NCBI GenBank assembly: GCA_038318085.1
Contig: JBBQBV010000001.1
Coordinates: 2,728-66,727, forward strand
Source of the DNA: Solirubrobacterales bacterium
GTDB lineage: Bacteria > Actinomycetota > Thermoleophilia > Solirubrobacterales > Solirubrobacteraceae
Length of the DNA: 64,000 nucleotides
Direction of reading: 5' to 3'
In this document: one piece after another, positions 10,949 through 21,532 of the stretch
How the letters are laid out: the number at the start of each line of letters is the position of its first letter
Position numbering within the stretch: position 1 is the stretch's first letter
Notes under the pieces: model-generated
What the model was told of the DNA's origin: nothing
Database searches by the model: none
Seen by the model: only the letters and a program-made list of their open reading frames with translations
Made by a program: the position numbers and the translations under genes

Positions 10949-11844
10949 CCGCGGCGCCAACCGCCCCCGCCTACCCGGACCATCTGCGCCGTGAGGTCGA
11001 GAGCTACCTGCAGACGCTGGACTTCTCCGCGGGGGAGCCCGCGACGGCCGGCCTGCAGGAGGCCATGCGCTACTCGCTGCTCGCGGGCGGCAAGCGGATC
11101 CGGCCCGTGCTCGCGCTCGCGACCGCCCGCGCCGTCGAGCTGCCCTTCGGCGTGCTGCCGCTCGCGGCCGCGCTCGAGCTGATCCACACGTACTCGCTGA
11201 TCCACGACGATCTCCCGGCGATGGACGACGACGACCTGCGCCGCGGCCGGCTCACCTGCCACCGGGTCTACGGGGAGGACGTCGCGATCCTCGCCGGCGA
11301 CGGGCTCTACGCCGAGGCCTTCCGCCACGTCACCCACCACCAGGCGGGCGACCCGCGCTGCGTGCTGGCGGCGGTCTGCGAGCTGGCGGCCGCCACCGGG
11401 GTCGACGGGATGGTCGGCGGGCAGCACATCGACGTCAAGGGCCTGGCCGACAGCGGCGAGACGACCCTGCGGCGATTGCACGAGCTCAAGACGGGCAGGC
11501 TGATCGGCGCGTGCGTGGAGTGCGTACTCCTATTGAGAAACGGCGTTGAGACAGTGACTACAATCGATGACTTCCGGGAGTTCGCCACGGAGCTCGGCGT
11601 GCTGTTTCAGATCGTCGACGACATCCTCGACGTGACCGGGACGGACGTGGCCCTCGGCAAGCCCCGCGGCTCCGACGCGCGGCACGGGAAGCTCACCTAC
11701 GTCAGCTCCTACGGCCTCGACGGCGCCCGGACCCTGGCGGCGGAGTCCCACGACAAGGTCCGCAGCGCCCTGCGGCGCGCCGCCCCGCCACAACCGGCAG
11801 AGCTCGAGCACATCACCGACTTCATCTTCAAGCGCACCTCGTGA
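10945..11844 (+). CDS. ispA: Polyprenyl (farnesyl/geranylgeranyl) diphosphate synthase
   Basis: GTGA overlap with xseB. First DDxxD region LIHDDLPAMDDDDLRRG and second FQIVDDILD. Contains an anomalous AT-rich rare-codon patch at 11521..11575. Confidence 0.85.
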   Translation: MTAAPTAPAYPDHLRREVESYLQTLDFSAGEPATAGLQEAMRYSLLAGGKRIRPVLALATARAVELPFGVLPLAAALELIHTYSLIHDDLPAMDDDDLRRGRLTCHRVYGEDVAILAGDGLYAEAFRHVTHHQAGDPRCVLAAVCELAAATGVDGMVGGQHIDVKGLADSGETTLRRLHELKTGRLIGACVECVLLLRNGVETVTTIDDFREFATELGVLFQIVDDILDVTGTDVALGKPRGSDARHGKLTYVSSYGLDGARTLAAESHDKVRSALRRAAPPQPAELEHITDFIFKRTS

Positions 11845-13775
11845 CCCACCGCCTGCTCGACGCCATCCAGGGCCCCAGGGACCTCCATCGGCTGACGGAG
11901 CCCGAGCTCCAGCAGGTCTCCCAGGAGGTCCGCGAGCTCCTGATCGACACGGTCGGCGAGATCGGCGGGCACTTCGGGGCCAACCTCGGCTGCTGCGAGA
12001 TCGCCGTCGCCGTGCACTCGCTGCTGGACTCACCGACGGACAAGGTGCTGTGGGACGTCGGCCACCAGGCCTACCCGCACAAGATCCTGACGGGCCGCCG
12101 CGACCAGATCTCGACGATCCGCAAGTACGGGGGCCTGGCGCCCTTCTGCGCGATGCTCGAGTCCGAGCACGACATCATGGGCGCGGGCCACGCGTCGACG
12201 TCGATCGGCTACGGCGTGGGCATCAAGGAGTCCATGCGCCGCGGCGACGCGCCGGACGGCAAGGTCGTCGCGGTCATCGGCGACGGCGCCATGACCGGCG
12301 GCGTCGCCTTCGAGGCGGTCAGCCAGGCCGGCGGCCTCGGCACCCCGCTGGTGGTCATCCTCAACGACAACGGGATGTCGATCTCCCCGAACGTCGGCGC
12401 GCTGAGCTCCTACTTCAACCGCGTGCGCCTCGAGCCGCACATGTGGAAGGCGCGCGAGGGCGTCGAGTCTCGCCTCACGCGGCTGCCGGCCGGGATCGGC
12501 GCCGCGGTCGAGCGCCTCGGGCCCCAGTTTAAGGAGGCGCTGAAGGCGTTCTGGGCGCCCGGCCTGTGGTGGGAGGAGCTCGACTGGGCCTACATCGGCG
12601 TCGTCGACGGCCACGACGTCAAGGCGATGCGCAAGGCGCTCAAGGAGGCGCTCGCCGCCGAGCGCCCCGTCGTCATCCACGCCGCGACGATCAAGGGCAA
12701 GGGCTTTGCGCCGGCCGAGGAGGGCGGCCTGGAGGGCATGGAGCACTGGCACGCCGCCAAGCCCAAGTCGATCGCCAACCGGATCCCGTCCGTGGTCACG
12801 GCGAAGCCGGCGGCGGGCACCGCCGTCGCGCCGACCTGGACCGAGGTCTTCGGCAACGCGATGGTGCAGGAGTGCCGCCGCGACCGCCGCGTGATCGGCA
12901 TCACGGCCGCGATGAACTCCGGCACCGGCCTCAACATCCTGCAGAAGGCCGAGCCCGAGCACTACTTCGACGTCGGCATCGCCGAGCAGCAGGCGATCCT
13001 CTTCGCCTCCGGCCTGGCGCTGAGCGGCTCGCGCCCCGTCGCGGCGATCTACTCGACGTTCCTGCAGCGGGCCTACGACCAGATCGTGCACGACGTCTGC
13101 CTGCAGAACCTCCCGGTCGTCTTCTGCATGGACCGGGCCGGCCTGGTCGGCGACGACGGCCCGACGCACCACGGCGTCTTCGACATCCCCTACCTGCGCT
13201 GCCTGCCGAACATCACGCTGATGGCGCCGCGGGACGAGGCCATGCTGCTGCGGATGCTGCGGACGGGCCTGACCATCGGCGGGCCCTCCGCCATCCGCTA
13301 CCCGCGCGGGGTCGCGCTGGGCGTCGAACTCCCCGCCGACCCCGAGCCGCTCGAGCTCGGCACCGGCGAGATCCTGCGCGAGGGCGAGCGGGTCGCCGTC
13401 GTGGCCTACGGCGCCGGCGTGGGCCAGGCGCTCGGTGCCGCCGAGCTGCTCTCCGCCAACGGCCTCGAGGTCACCGTCGTCGACGCGCGCTTCGCCAAGC
13501 CGCTCGACGCCGCGCTGCTCGAGAGGCTGGCGGCCGACCACGAGCTGCTCGTGACGATCGAGGAGGGCGTGCTGACCGGCGGCTTCGGCACCGGCGTCTG
13601 GGAGACGCTCAACGAGCGCGGCATCGTCCCGCGCATGCTGCGCCTCGGCCTGCCGGACCGCTACGTGACGCACGGTGCCCCGGCGCTGCTGCACGCCGAG
13701 GTCGGCTTCACACCCGCGGCCATCGCCGAGCGCATCGAGGCCGCCGTGCTCGACCCGCGCTCGACACTCGTCTAA
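11841..13775 (+). CDS. dxs: 1-deoxy-D-xylulose-5-phosphate synthase
   Basis: GTGA overlap with ispA. 644 aa with GHQAYPHKILTGR, the GDGAMTGG ThDP motif, and transketolase-like middle and C-terminal domains. Confidence 0.95.
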   Translation: MTHRLLDAIQGPRDLHRLTEPELQQVSQEVRELLIDTVGEIGGHFGANLGCCEIAVAVHSLLDSPTDKVLWDVGHQAYPHKILTGRRDQISTIRKYGGLAPFCAMLESEHDIMGAGHASTSIGYGVGIKESMRRGDAPDGKVVAVIGDGAMTGGVAFEAVSQAGGLGTPLVVILNDNGMSISPNVGALSSYFNRVRLEPHMWKAREGVESRLTRLPAGIGAAVERLGPQFKEALKAFWAPGLWWEELDWAYIGVVDGHDVKAMRKALKEALAAERPVVIHAATIKGKGFAPAEEGGLEGMEHWHAAKPKSIANRIPSVVTAKPAAGTAVAPTWTEVFGNAMVQECRRDRRVIGITAAMNSGTGLNILQKAEPEHYFDVGIAEQQAILFASGLALSGSRPVAAIYSTFLQRAYDQIVHDVCLQNLPVVFCMDRAGLVGDDGPTHHGVFDIPYLRCLPNITLMAPRDEAMLLRMLRTGLTIGGPSAIRYPRGVALGVELPADPEPLELGTGEILREGERVAVVAYGAGVGQALGAAELLSANGLEVTVVDARFAKPLDAALLERLAADHELLVTIEEGVLTGGFGTGVWETLNERGIVPRMLRLGLPDRYVTHGAPALLHAEVGFTPAAIAERIEAAVLDPRSTLV

Positions 13776-13834
13776 CCTGGATCCACCGATCCCGGCAGCG
13801 CCATGACACCACCGATCATCGGTGGATCCAGGTT
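13774..13834 (+). terminator. Perfect 17-bp-arm inverted repeat after the dxs stop, containing a nested 17-bp palindrome
   Basis: AACCTGGATCCACCGAT (13774..13790) is the exact reverse complement of ATCGGTGGATCCAGGTT (13818..13834). A third CCACCGAT copy at 13809..13816 forms the palindrome CCACCGATCATCGGTGG. There is no T-tract, so an intrinsic-terminator role is only one option. Confidence 0.45.
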
Positions 13835-13875
13835 CAACCCCTCAACGGGCGGCCGCGTCCGGCCGATGGACCTCT

Positions 13876-15108
13876 ATGGACGAACCGGCGACCGAGATCC
13901 CGATCGCCTCCGCGGCGGCGTGGGCGCCCCACGCGGCGCCCCTGATGCAGGCCGAGGGCCGGACCGTCATCCCCGAGAACCCGGAGTTCGGCACGGCGAG
14001 CACGAACCGGACCGCGCCGGCCGACATCCCGGGCGCGCACGGGTCGATCGCCGCGGTCAACCCGCCGATCGACCGGCTCGCCGCCCTGCGCGACCTCGCC
14101 CGCAAGCTGCGCGCGTCCCCCGACGGCGAGGACACCCTGCAGCAGGTCATCGACGAGGCCTGCCGCTGCACCCGCTCCGACGCGGGCATGCTCACCCTCT
14201 CGGCGCCGCTCTCGCGCCAGTTCGTGTCCGGCTCCGCCCTCGGCGCCGGGCCCTACATCTCCGTCCCGTTGCGCGCAGGCGGCCCGACCTTCGGGGAGAT
14301 CGTGCTCACCCGCCTGGCCGAGGGCGCCGAGTACGAGACGGAGGACGAGACGTTCGGCGAGCTGATCGCCGAGTACGTCGCCAAGGCGATCTCCACGCTG
14401 CGCTCGGGCACCGTGCTCAGCCAGGAGGAGCAGGACTTCATCGACCGCGTCACCGAGGAGCTGCGCTCGCCGCTGGCGGGCACCGTCAGCACGCTCGGGG
14501 TCGCGGTGGTCGCCGAGGGCCTCGCGCAGGACACGCGCCAGTACCTGCGCACCGCCCTCGCCGACAGCCGGCGCCTGCTGGGAACGGTCGACAGCCTGAT
14601 GCTGCTCGCGCATCTGCGCCCGCCGCAGCTGCGCGACATGGAGGCCATCCCGGTCGGGCCGTGGCTCGAGCGCGCGGTCTCAGAGCACCACGCCATGGCC
14701 GAGGACCGCGGTGTCAGCGTCAACTATCGGCCCGCGCCGGAGGCCTACGTCCTGCAGGGCGTCGCGGCGCAGCTCGATCAGGTGGCCGGCGAGCTGATCG
14801 CCAACGCGATCAAGTTCACCGAGTCCGGTGGGCGCGTCGACGTCACGGCCGGCCTCTTCGAGGGCGCCGTGAAGGTGTCGGTGCGCGACACCGGCATCGG
14901 CTTCGACAACGCCGAGGCGGCCCGGGTGACGGACGCGTTCGCGCGTGCGGCCACCGCCGAGTCGGCCCGCATCCCCGGTCTCGGTCTCGGCCTCTTTCTC
15001 TGCAACCGGATCGTGGAGAACCACGGCGGCCGCCTCTGGCTGGACTCCGTGCGCGACGAGGGCACGCACGCCCACGTGTCGCTGCCGCCGCGCCCGCCCG
15101 GCGTGTAG
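13876..15108 (+). CDS. GAF-domain histidine-kinase-like protein lacking the phospho-acceptor His
   Basis: ATG at 13876 (an alternative GTG at 13822 lies inside the palindrome). GAF-like N-terminal half. Dimerisation-box FIDRVTEELRSPL has Glu where His is expected. N-box ELIANAIKFT, G1 VRDTGIGF and G2 GLGLGLFLC are intact. Confidence 0.75.
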   Translation: MDEPATEIPIASAAAWAPHAAPLMQAEGRTVIPENPEFGTASTNRTAPADIPGAHGSIAAVNPPIDRLAALRDLARKLRASPDGEDTLQQVIDEACRCTRSDAGMLTLSAPLSRQFVSGSALGAGPYISVPLRAGGPTFGEIVLTRLAEGAEYETEDETFGELIAEYVAKAISTLRSGTVLSQEEQDFIDRVTEELRSPLAGTVSTLGVAVVAEGLAQDTRQYLRTALADSRRLLGTVDSLMLLAHLRPPQLRDMEAIPVGPWLERAVSEHHAMAEDRGVSVNYRPAPEAYVLQGVAAQLDQVAGELIANAIKFTESGGRVDVTAGLFEGAVKVSVRDTGIGFDNAEAARVTDAFARAATAESARIPGLGLGLFLCNRIVENHGGRLWLDSVRDEGTHAHVSLPPRPPGV

Positions 15109-15260
15109 GGGGTACACAGCAGGTCGTTCGTGCATTTAACCCCCAGGAAGGGGGGGAAGATGCACGGGGTCCCGGTCCTGCTCCGGGGTCGCAGCGCTCG
15201 CCGGTGCGGGCGGGGGGCGCGCTGTGGGCCGGCGCACAGCGGGCTACCGTTCCACGCCTC

Positions 15261-16052
15261 GTGCCCCGGGTCCGCCTCGACTCCCTGCTCGCCGAGCGCG
15301 GCCTGTTTGACTCGCGCACGCGCGCGGCCGCGGCGGTGCTCGCCGGCGACGTGATGCTGCTGCCCGGTCGCCGGCGCGCCGACAAGCCCGGGCAGCTGGT
15401 GGGGGATGACGTCGAGCTCGAGGTCGCCCAAGGCCCGCCCTACGTCTCGCGCGGCGGGATCAAGCTCGCCAACGCGCTTGACGCGCTCGGCCTGGAGGTG
15501 GGCGGGCGCCTGGCGCTCGACGTCGGCGCCTCCACCGGCGGCTTCACCGACTGCCTGCTGCAGCGTGGCGCCGAGCACGTCGTGGCGGTCGACGTCGCCT
15601 ACGGGGAGCTGCACTTCAGGCTGCGCGGCGACGAGCGGGTCACGGTCGTCGAGCGGGTCAACGCCCGCGCGCTGGCGCCAGAGCAGCTGCCCTACCGGCC
15701 CGACCTCGTGGCCGCCGACGTGTCCTTCATCTCCCTCGCCAAGATCCTGCCGGCCGTGCTGGGCTGCGTCGCCGAGGCCTACGACGCGCTGGTTATGGTC
15801 AAGCCGCAGTTCGAGGTCGGCCGCGGGCGCATCGCCAAGGGCGGCGTCGTGCACGACGCCCAGCTGCGGCGCGAGGTGCTCGCAGACGTCGCGCGCGCCG
15901 CGGAGGGCCTGGGGGCGACGGTCATGGGCTTTGCGTCCTCTGGGCTGCCGGGCCCGAAGGGCAACCGCGAGACGTTCGCCTGGTTGGCAGAGGCGGGCCG
16001 CCCCGGGGCCGTCGGAGATCTCCAGGCGGCCGTCGCCGGAGTCGACGCATGA
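15261..16052 (+). CDS. tlyA: TlyA-family rRNA 2'-O-methyltransferase (S4 domain + FtsJ-like MTase)
   Basis: GTG at 15261 in the frame of ORF 13803..16052. RLDSLLAERGLFDSRTRA (S4 domain), YVSRGGIKL and LDVGASTGGFTDCLLQRGA (SAM motif). Confidence 0.85.
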   Translation: MPRVRLDSLLAERGLFDSRTRAAAAVLAGDVMLLPGRRRADKPGQLVGDDVELEVAQGPPYVSRGGIKLANALDALGLEVGGRLALDVGASTGGFTDCLLQRGAEHVVAVDVAYGELHFRLRGDERVTVVERVNARALAPEQLPYRPDLVAADVSFISLAKILPAVLGCVAEAYDALVMVKPQFEVGRGRIAKGGVVHDAQLRREVLADVARAAEGLGATVMGFASSGLPGPKGNRETFAWLAEAGRPGAVGDLQAAVAGVDA

Positions 16053-16891
16053 GGGCGACCGTGCTGACCCGTCGCGGCGGGCGGGACCTCAGCGAGGCCG
16101 TGGGCATCCTGCTCGAGGTGGCGCGCGAGAAGGCCGTGACCCTGTGCGTGAGCGCCGAGGAGGCTGCCAAGCACGGCCTCGGGAGCGAGCCGGGGATCGA
16201 GGTCTGCCCGATCAGCCTGGAGGTCGACCTCTGCATCGTCCTGGGCGGCGACGGGACGATCCTCAGCGCGCTGCGCGCGTACGCGGGCACCCAGGTCGCG
16301 GTGTTCGCGGTCAACTTCGGCGAGGTCGGCTTCCTCGCGACGATGGACCCGAGCAACGTCCGCGAGGGTCTCGGGCGGGCCTTCGGCGGCGCGTTTGAGA
16401 CGATGACGCTGCCGTCGATCACCGTGGGCCTACCTGACGGCCGCTGGACCGCCTTCAACGACATCTCCGTGCACCGGCAGCCGGGCAACCGGGTCGCCGA
16501 CCTCGCTTACGGCGTCGGCGGCGAGGAGATCGGGCGGGTTCGCTGCGACGGGATCGTCGTCTCCACGCCCGCCGGCTCCACGGGCTACAACCTCGCCAAC
16601 GGCGGCCCGGTGCTGGCCTGGGGCGTCGAGGGCTTCGTCGTCTCCTTCATCGCGCCGCACAGCTTCACGGCCCGGGCGCTGGTGGTCGCGCCCGACGACG
16701 CGCTGACGATCAGCAACGCCTCGACCGAGGACGACGCCGAGGTCCATGTCGACGGTCGGCCGGCGCTCACCCTGCCGGCGACGCAGGACATCACGGTGCG
16801 CTTCGGCGAGCCGGTGGCGCTGCTCGCGCAGCTGCCAGGGGCGAGCTTCTATCACCGCCTGCGGGAGCGCTTCGGGCGTCTCGCGCGCTGA
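16049..16891 (+). CDS. nadK: NAD kinase
   Basis: ATGA overlap with tlyA. LGGDGTILSALR and NFGEVGFL motifs. The tlyA-nadK-recN order matches mycobacteria. Confidence 0.9.
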   Translation: MRATVLTRRGGRDLSEAVGILLEVAREKAVTLCVSAEEAAKHGLGSEPGIEVCPISLEVDLCIVLGGDGTILSALRAYAGTQVAVFAVNFGEVGFLATMDPSNVREGLGRAFGGAFETMTLPSITVGLPDGRWTAFNDISVHRQPGNRVADLAYGVGGEEIGRVRCDGIVVSTPAGSTGYNLANGGPVLAWGVEGFVVSFIAPHSFTARALVVAPDDALTISNASTEDDAEVHVDGRPALTLPATQDITVRFGEPVALLAQLPGASFYHRLRERFGRLAR

Positions 16892-16925
16892 TCGTTCCGT
16901 CTGGCGCGGTTGGTAGACCCCGAAC

Positions 16926-18596
16926 GTGCTGTTCGAGCTGCGCGTCGAGAACCTGCTGCTGATCGAGCGGGCCGAGCTGCGCCTCGGCCCGGGTTTGAAC
17001 GTGCTGACGGGGGAGACCGGGGCGGGCAAGACGGTGCTCGCCCACGCCCTCGATCTCCTGCTCGGCGGCAGGCCGCGGCCCGGCATCGTGCGGCCGGGAG
17101 CGCCGGAGGCCTACGTCGAGGGGGTCTTCGACGTGCCCGCCGGGCTGCGCCCGCTGCTGGCGGACCGGCTGCCCGACGACGCGCAGGAGCTCGTGCTGGC
17201 ACGGCGCGTCACCGCCGAGGGCCGCACGCGCGCCTACCTGGGTGGGCGCTCGGCCACGGCGGCGGACCTGCGCGACGTCGGCGGCGCGCTGCTGTCCTTC
17301 TACGGGCAGCACGAGCACCGCCGGCTGACGCTGGCCTCCGCCCAGCTGGAGATCCTGGACGGCTTCTGCGGTCCCGAGCACGCCGCCCGGCGCACGGCCT
17401 TCGCAGCCGCCTACGCGGCGGAGCGCGCGCTGGCGGCGTCGCTTGCGGAGCTCGAGGAGCGCGCGGGCGCGCGCGATCGAGAGCTCGACCTGCTCGACTG
17501 GGAGCTGGGGGAGATCGACGAGGCGGCGCCGTCCGCTCAGGAGGAGGCCGCGCTGCTGGGCGAGCGTGAGCGGCTGCGCCATGCGGAGGCGCTGCGCGAG
17601 GCGGTCGGCGTGGCGCTGGCCGCGCTCGACGGCGACATGGAGGGCGATGGCGTGGGCGCCGTGGGGGCGCTGGCGGCGGCCGCGCGGGGCCTTGAGGCGC
17701 CGGTGGGCGTGGATCCGGAGCTCGACGCGCTCGGCGTGCGCCTCGGGGCGCTGGCGGTCGAGGCCGACGATCTCGCGGGCGAGCTGCGCCGTCACGGCGA
17801 CGGCGTGGAGGCCCCGCCGGGCCGGCTGGACGCCGTCGAAGAGCGCCTCGCCCGGCTGGACCGGCTCAAGCGCAAGCACGGGGGGACGATCGAGGCCGTC
17901 CTGGCCTACGGCGAGCGGTGCCGGTCGCGGCGGGACCTGCTGGCGGGCGCCGACGAGGCGCTGGAGGCGGGCGTCACGCAGCTCGCCGGCGCGCGCGCCG
18001 AGCTGACGTCGCTGGCCGCCGGGCTGCGCGCCACGCGGCGCGCGGCCGGTGAGCGCCTCGCCGTCGCGGTCGTCGAGCGCCTGGCTGCCCTGTCAATGGA
18101 GGGCGCGACGTTCGAGGCGCGCGTCGCCGAGCGCGACGGCTTCGGCCCCATCGGCGGCGATGACGTCGAGTTCCTGATCGCGCCGAACCCAGGCGTGCCT
18201 GCCGCTCCGCTGCGCGAGATCGCCTCGGGCGGCGAGCTCTCGCGGGTCATGCTGGCGCTGATGAGCGTCGCCGCGGACGGGGCGGGCGCCCTCACCCTGG
18301 TCTTCGACGAGATCGACGCGGGCGTCGGGGGGCAGACCGCCCGTGCGGTGGGTGAGCGGCTGCGCGAGCTGGCGGACGGCCGCCAGGTCCTGTGCATCAC
18401 CCACCTGCCCCAGATCGCCTCGCTGGCCGAGCACCACTTCCGGATCGCCAAGGACACCTCGGGCCCGACGGCCCGGACGACCGTCACGGCGCTGCCCCGC
18501 GGCGAGGTCGTGGGCGAGCTCGTCCGCATGCTGGGGGCGCAGGACGGCGACGTCGCGGCCCGCCGCCACGCCAAGGAGCTGCTGCGAGCGGCCTGA
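16926..18596 (+). CDS. recN: DNA repair protein RecN
   Basis: 556 aa. N-terminal Walker A LTGETGAGKT, long coiled-coil middle, C-terminal SGGELSRVMLAL signature and FDEIDAGVGG Walker B. Confidence 0.9.
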   Translation: MLFELRVENLLLIERAELRLGPGLNVLTGETGAGKTVLAHALDLLLGGRPRPGIVRPGAPEAYVEGVFDVPAGLRPLLADRLPDDAQELVLARRVTAEGRTRAYLGGRSATAADLRDVGGALLSFYGQHEHRRLTLASAQLEILDGFCGPEHAARRTAFAAAYAAERALAASLAELEERAGARDRELDLLDWELGEIDEAAPSAQEEAALLGERERLRHAEALREAVGVALAALDGDMEGDGVGAVGALAAAARGLEAPVGVDPELDALGVRLGALAVEADDLAGELRRHGDGVEAPPGRLDAVEERLARLDRLKRKHGGTIEAVLAYGERCRSRRDLLAGADEALEAGVTQLAGARAELTSLAAGLRATRRAAGERLAVAVVERLAALSMEGATFEARVAERDGFGPIGGDDVEFLIAPNPGVPAAPLREIASGGELSRVMLALMSVAADGAGALTLVFDEIDAGVGGQTARAVGERLRELADGRQVLCITHLPQIASLAEHHFRIAKDTSGPTARTTVTALPRGEVVGELVRMLGAQDGDVAARRHAKELLRAA

Positions 18597-18652
18597 CGCA
18601 AATCGCCCACCGTGCGGCGTGTGCGGCGGGTCTCGTCCGCGGCGCGGTCTAG

Positions 18653-20380
<1,728 letters not shown>

Positions 20381-20389
20381 CGAGCGCGC

Positions 20390-21532
20390 TTGCGCCCAGC
20401 CTCCGAGGCCGAGCGGGCCCGCCTGGGCGAGACCTTCGCCGCGCTGTGTCGCATCGCCAGCCCGTTCGGGCGCGAGAAGGCGTGCGCGGACGCGGTGCGC
20501 GCCGAGCTCGAGGGGATGGGCCTGGCCGTCGAGGAGGACGGCGCCGCCGCAGCCTCCGGCGCCGAGTGCGGCAACCTGCTGGCCCGCATCCCCGGACGCG
20601 GGGACCGGACGGTGCTGCTGTGCGCGCACGTCGACACGGTCGAGCCCGTCGCCGCGATCGAGCCGGTCATCCTCGACGGCGGCTGGGAGAACGCCAACGC
20701 CGGGATCCTCGGCGCCGACAACAAGGCCGCCGTCGCGGTCCTGCTCGAGCTCGCGCGCCGCTGCACGATCGAAGGCTCCCCGGTGGGCGTCGAGCTGCTC
20801 TTCACCGTCTCCGAGGAGAACGCCCTGGCCGGCGCGAAGGCGTTCGACGTCTCCCGTCTGCGCTCGCCCTACGGCTACGTCTTCGACCACGCGACCCCGA
20901 TCGGCGAGGTCATCGTGGCCTCGCCGACGTACTTTCGCATCGGAGCGGAGTTCCTCGGCGCCGCCGCCCACGCCGGCATCCGCCCCGAGGCGGGTCGCAG
21001 CGCGATCCTGGCCGCGGTGCACGCGATCGAGCGCATGCCGCACGGCCGTCTCGACGCCGAGACCACCGCGAACGTCGGCTACCTGCACGCGGGCGTCCCG
21101 TCCGCGACCAACGTGGTCCCCGAGCGCTGCTCGCTGCTCGCCGAGACCCGCTCGCTGGACCCCGAGCGGGTCGAGGCGGTGGTCGCGGCGATGGTCGACG
21201 CCCTGCACGACGGCGCAGGGCACGCCGAGTGCGACGTCGACGTCCTCGTCGAGAAGCTCTTCACCGGCTACCGGTTGAAGGCCTCAGAGCCCGCGGTGCT
21301 CGTCGCCGAGGCCGCGCTGCGCGCGTGCGGCTACGAGCCCCGGCGCGTCGTCACGGGCGGCGGCGCCGACGCCAACGCCTTGATGGCGGCCGGCCTTGAG
21401 TGCGTGAACCTCGCCAACGGGACCGAGCGCAACCACCAGCCCGACGAGCGCGTCTCGGTCGGCGCGTTGGACGGCATGCTCGACGTCGCCCTCGCCCTGC
21501 TCGACGCGGTGGCAGAATCTGATGGTGTATGA
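20390..21532 (+). CDS. M20-family metallopeptidase (peptidase T / tripeptidase-like)
   Basis: TTG start. LLCAHVDTVEP metal-binding motif, GADNKAAVAV and FTVSEENALAGA motifs typical of M20. Confidence 0.75.
   Translation: MRPASEAERARLGETFAALCRIASPFGREKACADAVRAELEGMGLAVEEDGAAAASGAECGNLLARIPGRGDRTVLLCAHVDTVEPVAAIEPVILDGGWENANAGILGADNKAAVAVLLELARRCTIEGSPVGVELLFTVSEENALAGAKAFDVSRLRSPYGYVFDHATPIGEVIVASPTYFRIGAEFLGAAAHAGIRPEAGRSAILAAVHAIERMPHGRLDAETTANVGYLHAGVPSATNVVPERCSLLAETRSLDPERVEAVVAAMVDALHDGAGHAECDVDVLVEKLFTGYRLKASEPAVLVAEAALRACGYEPRRVVTGGGADANALMAAGLECVNLANGTERNHQPDERVSVGALDGMLDVALALLDAVAESDGV

Noticed and set aside
15130-15354. 74-aa ORF in the tlyA leader
   Set aside because: It overlaps the tlyA start out of frame and has a Cys/Arg/Pro-rich shadow-like composition. 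The region is better explained as a structured leader.
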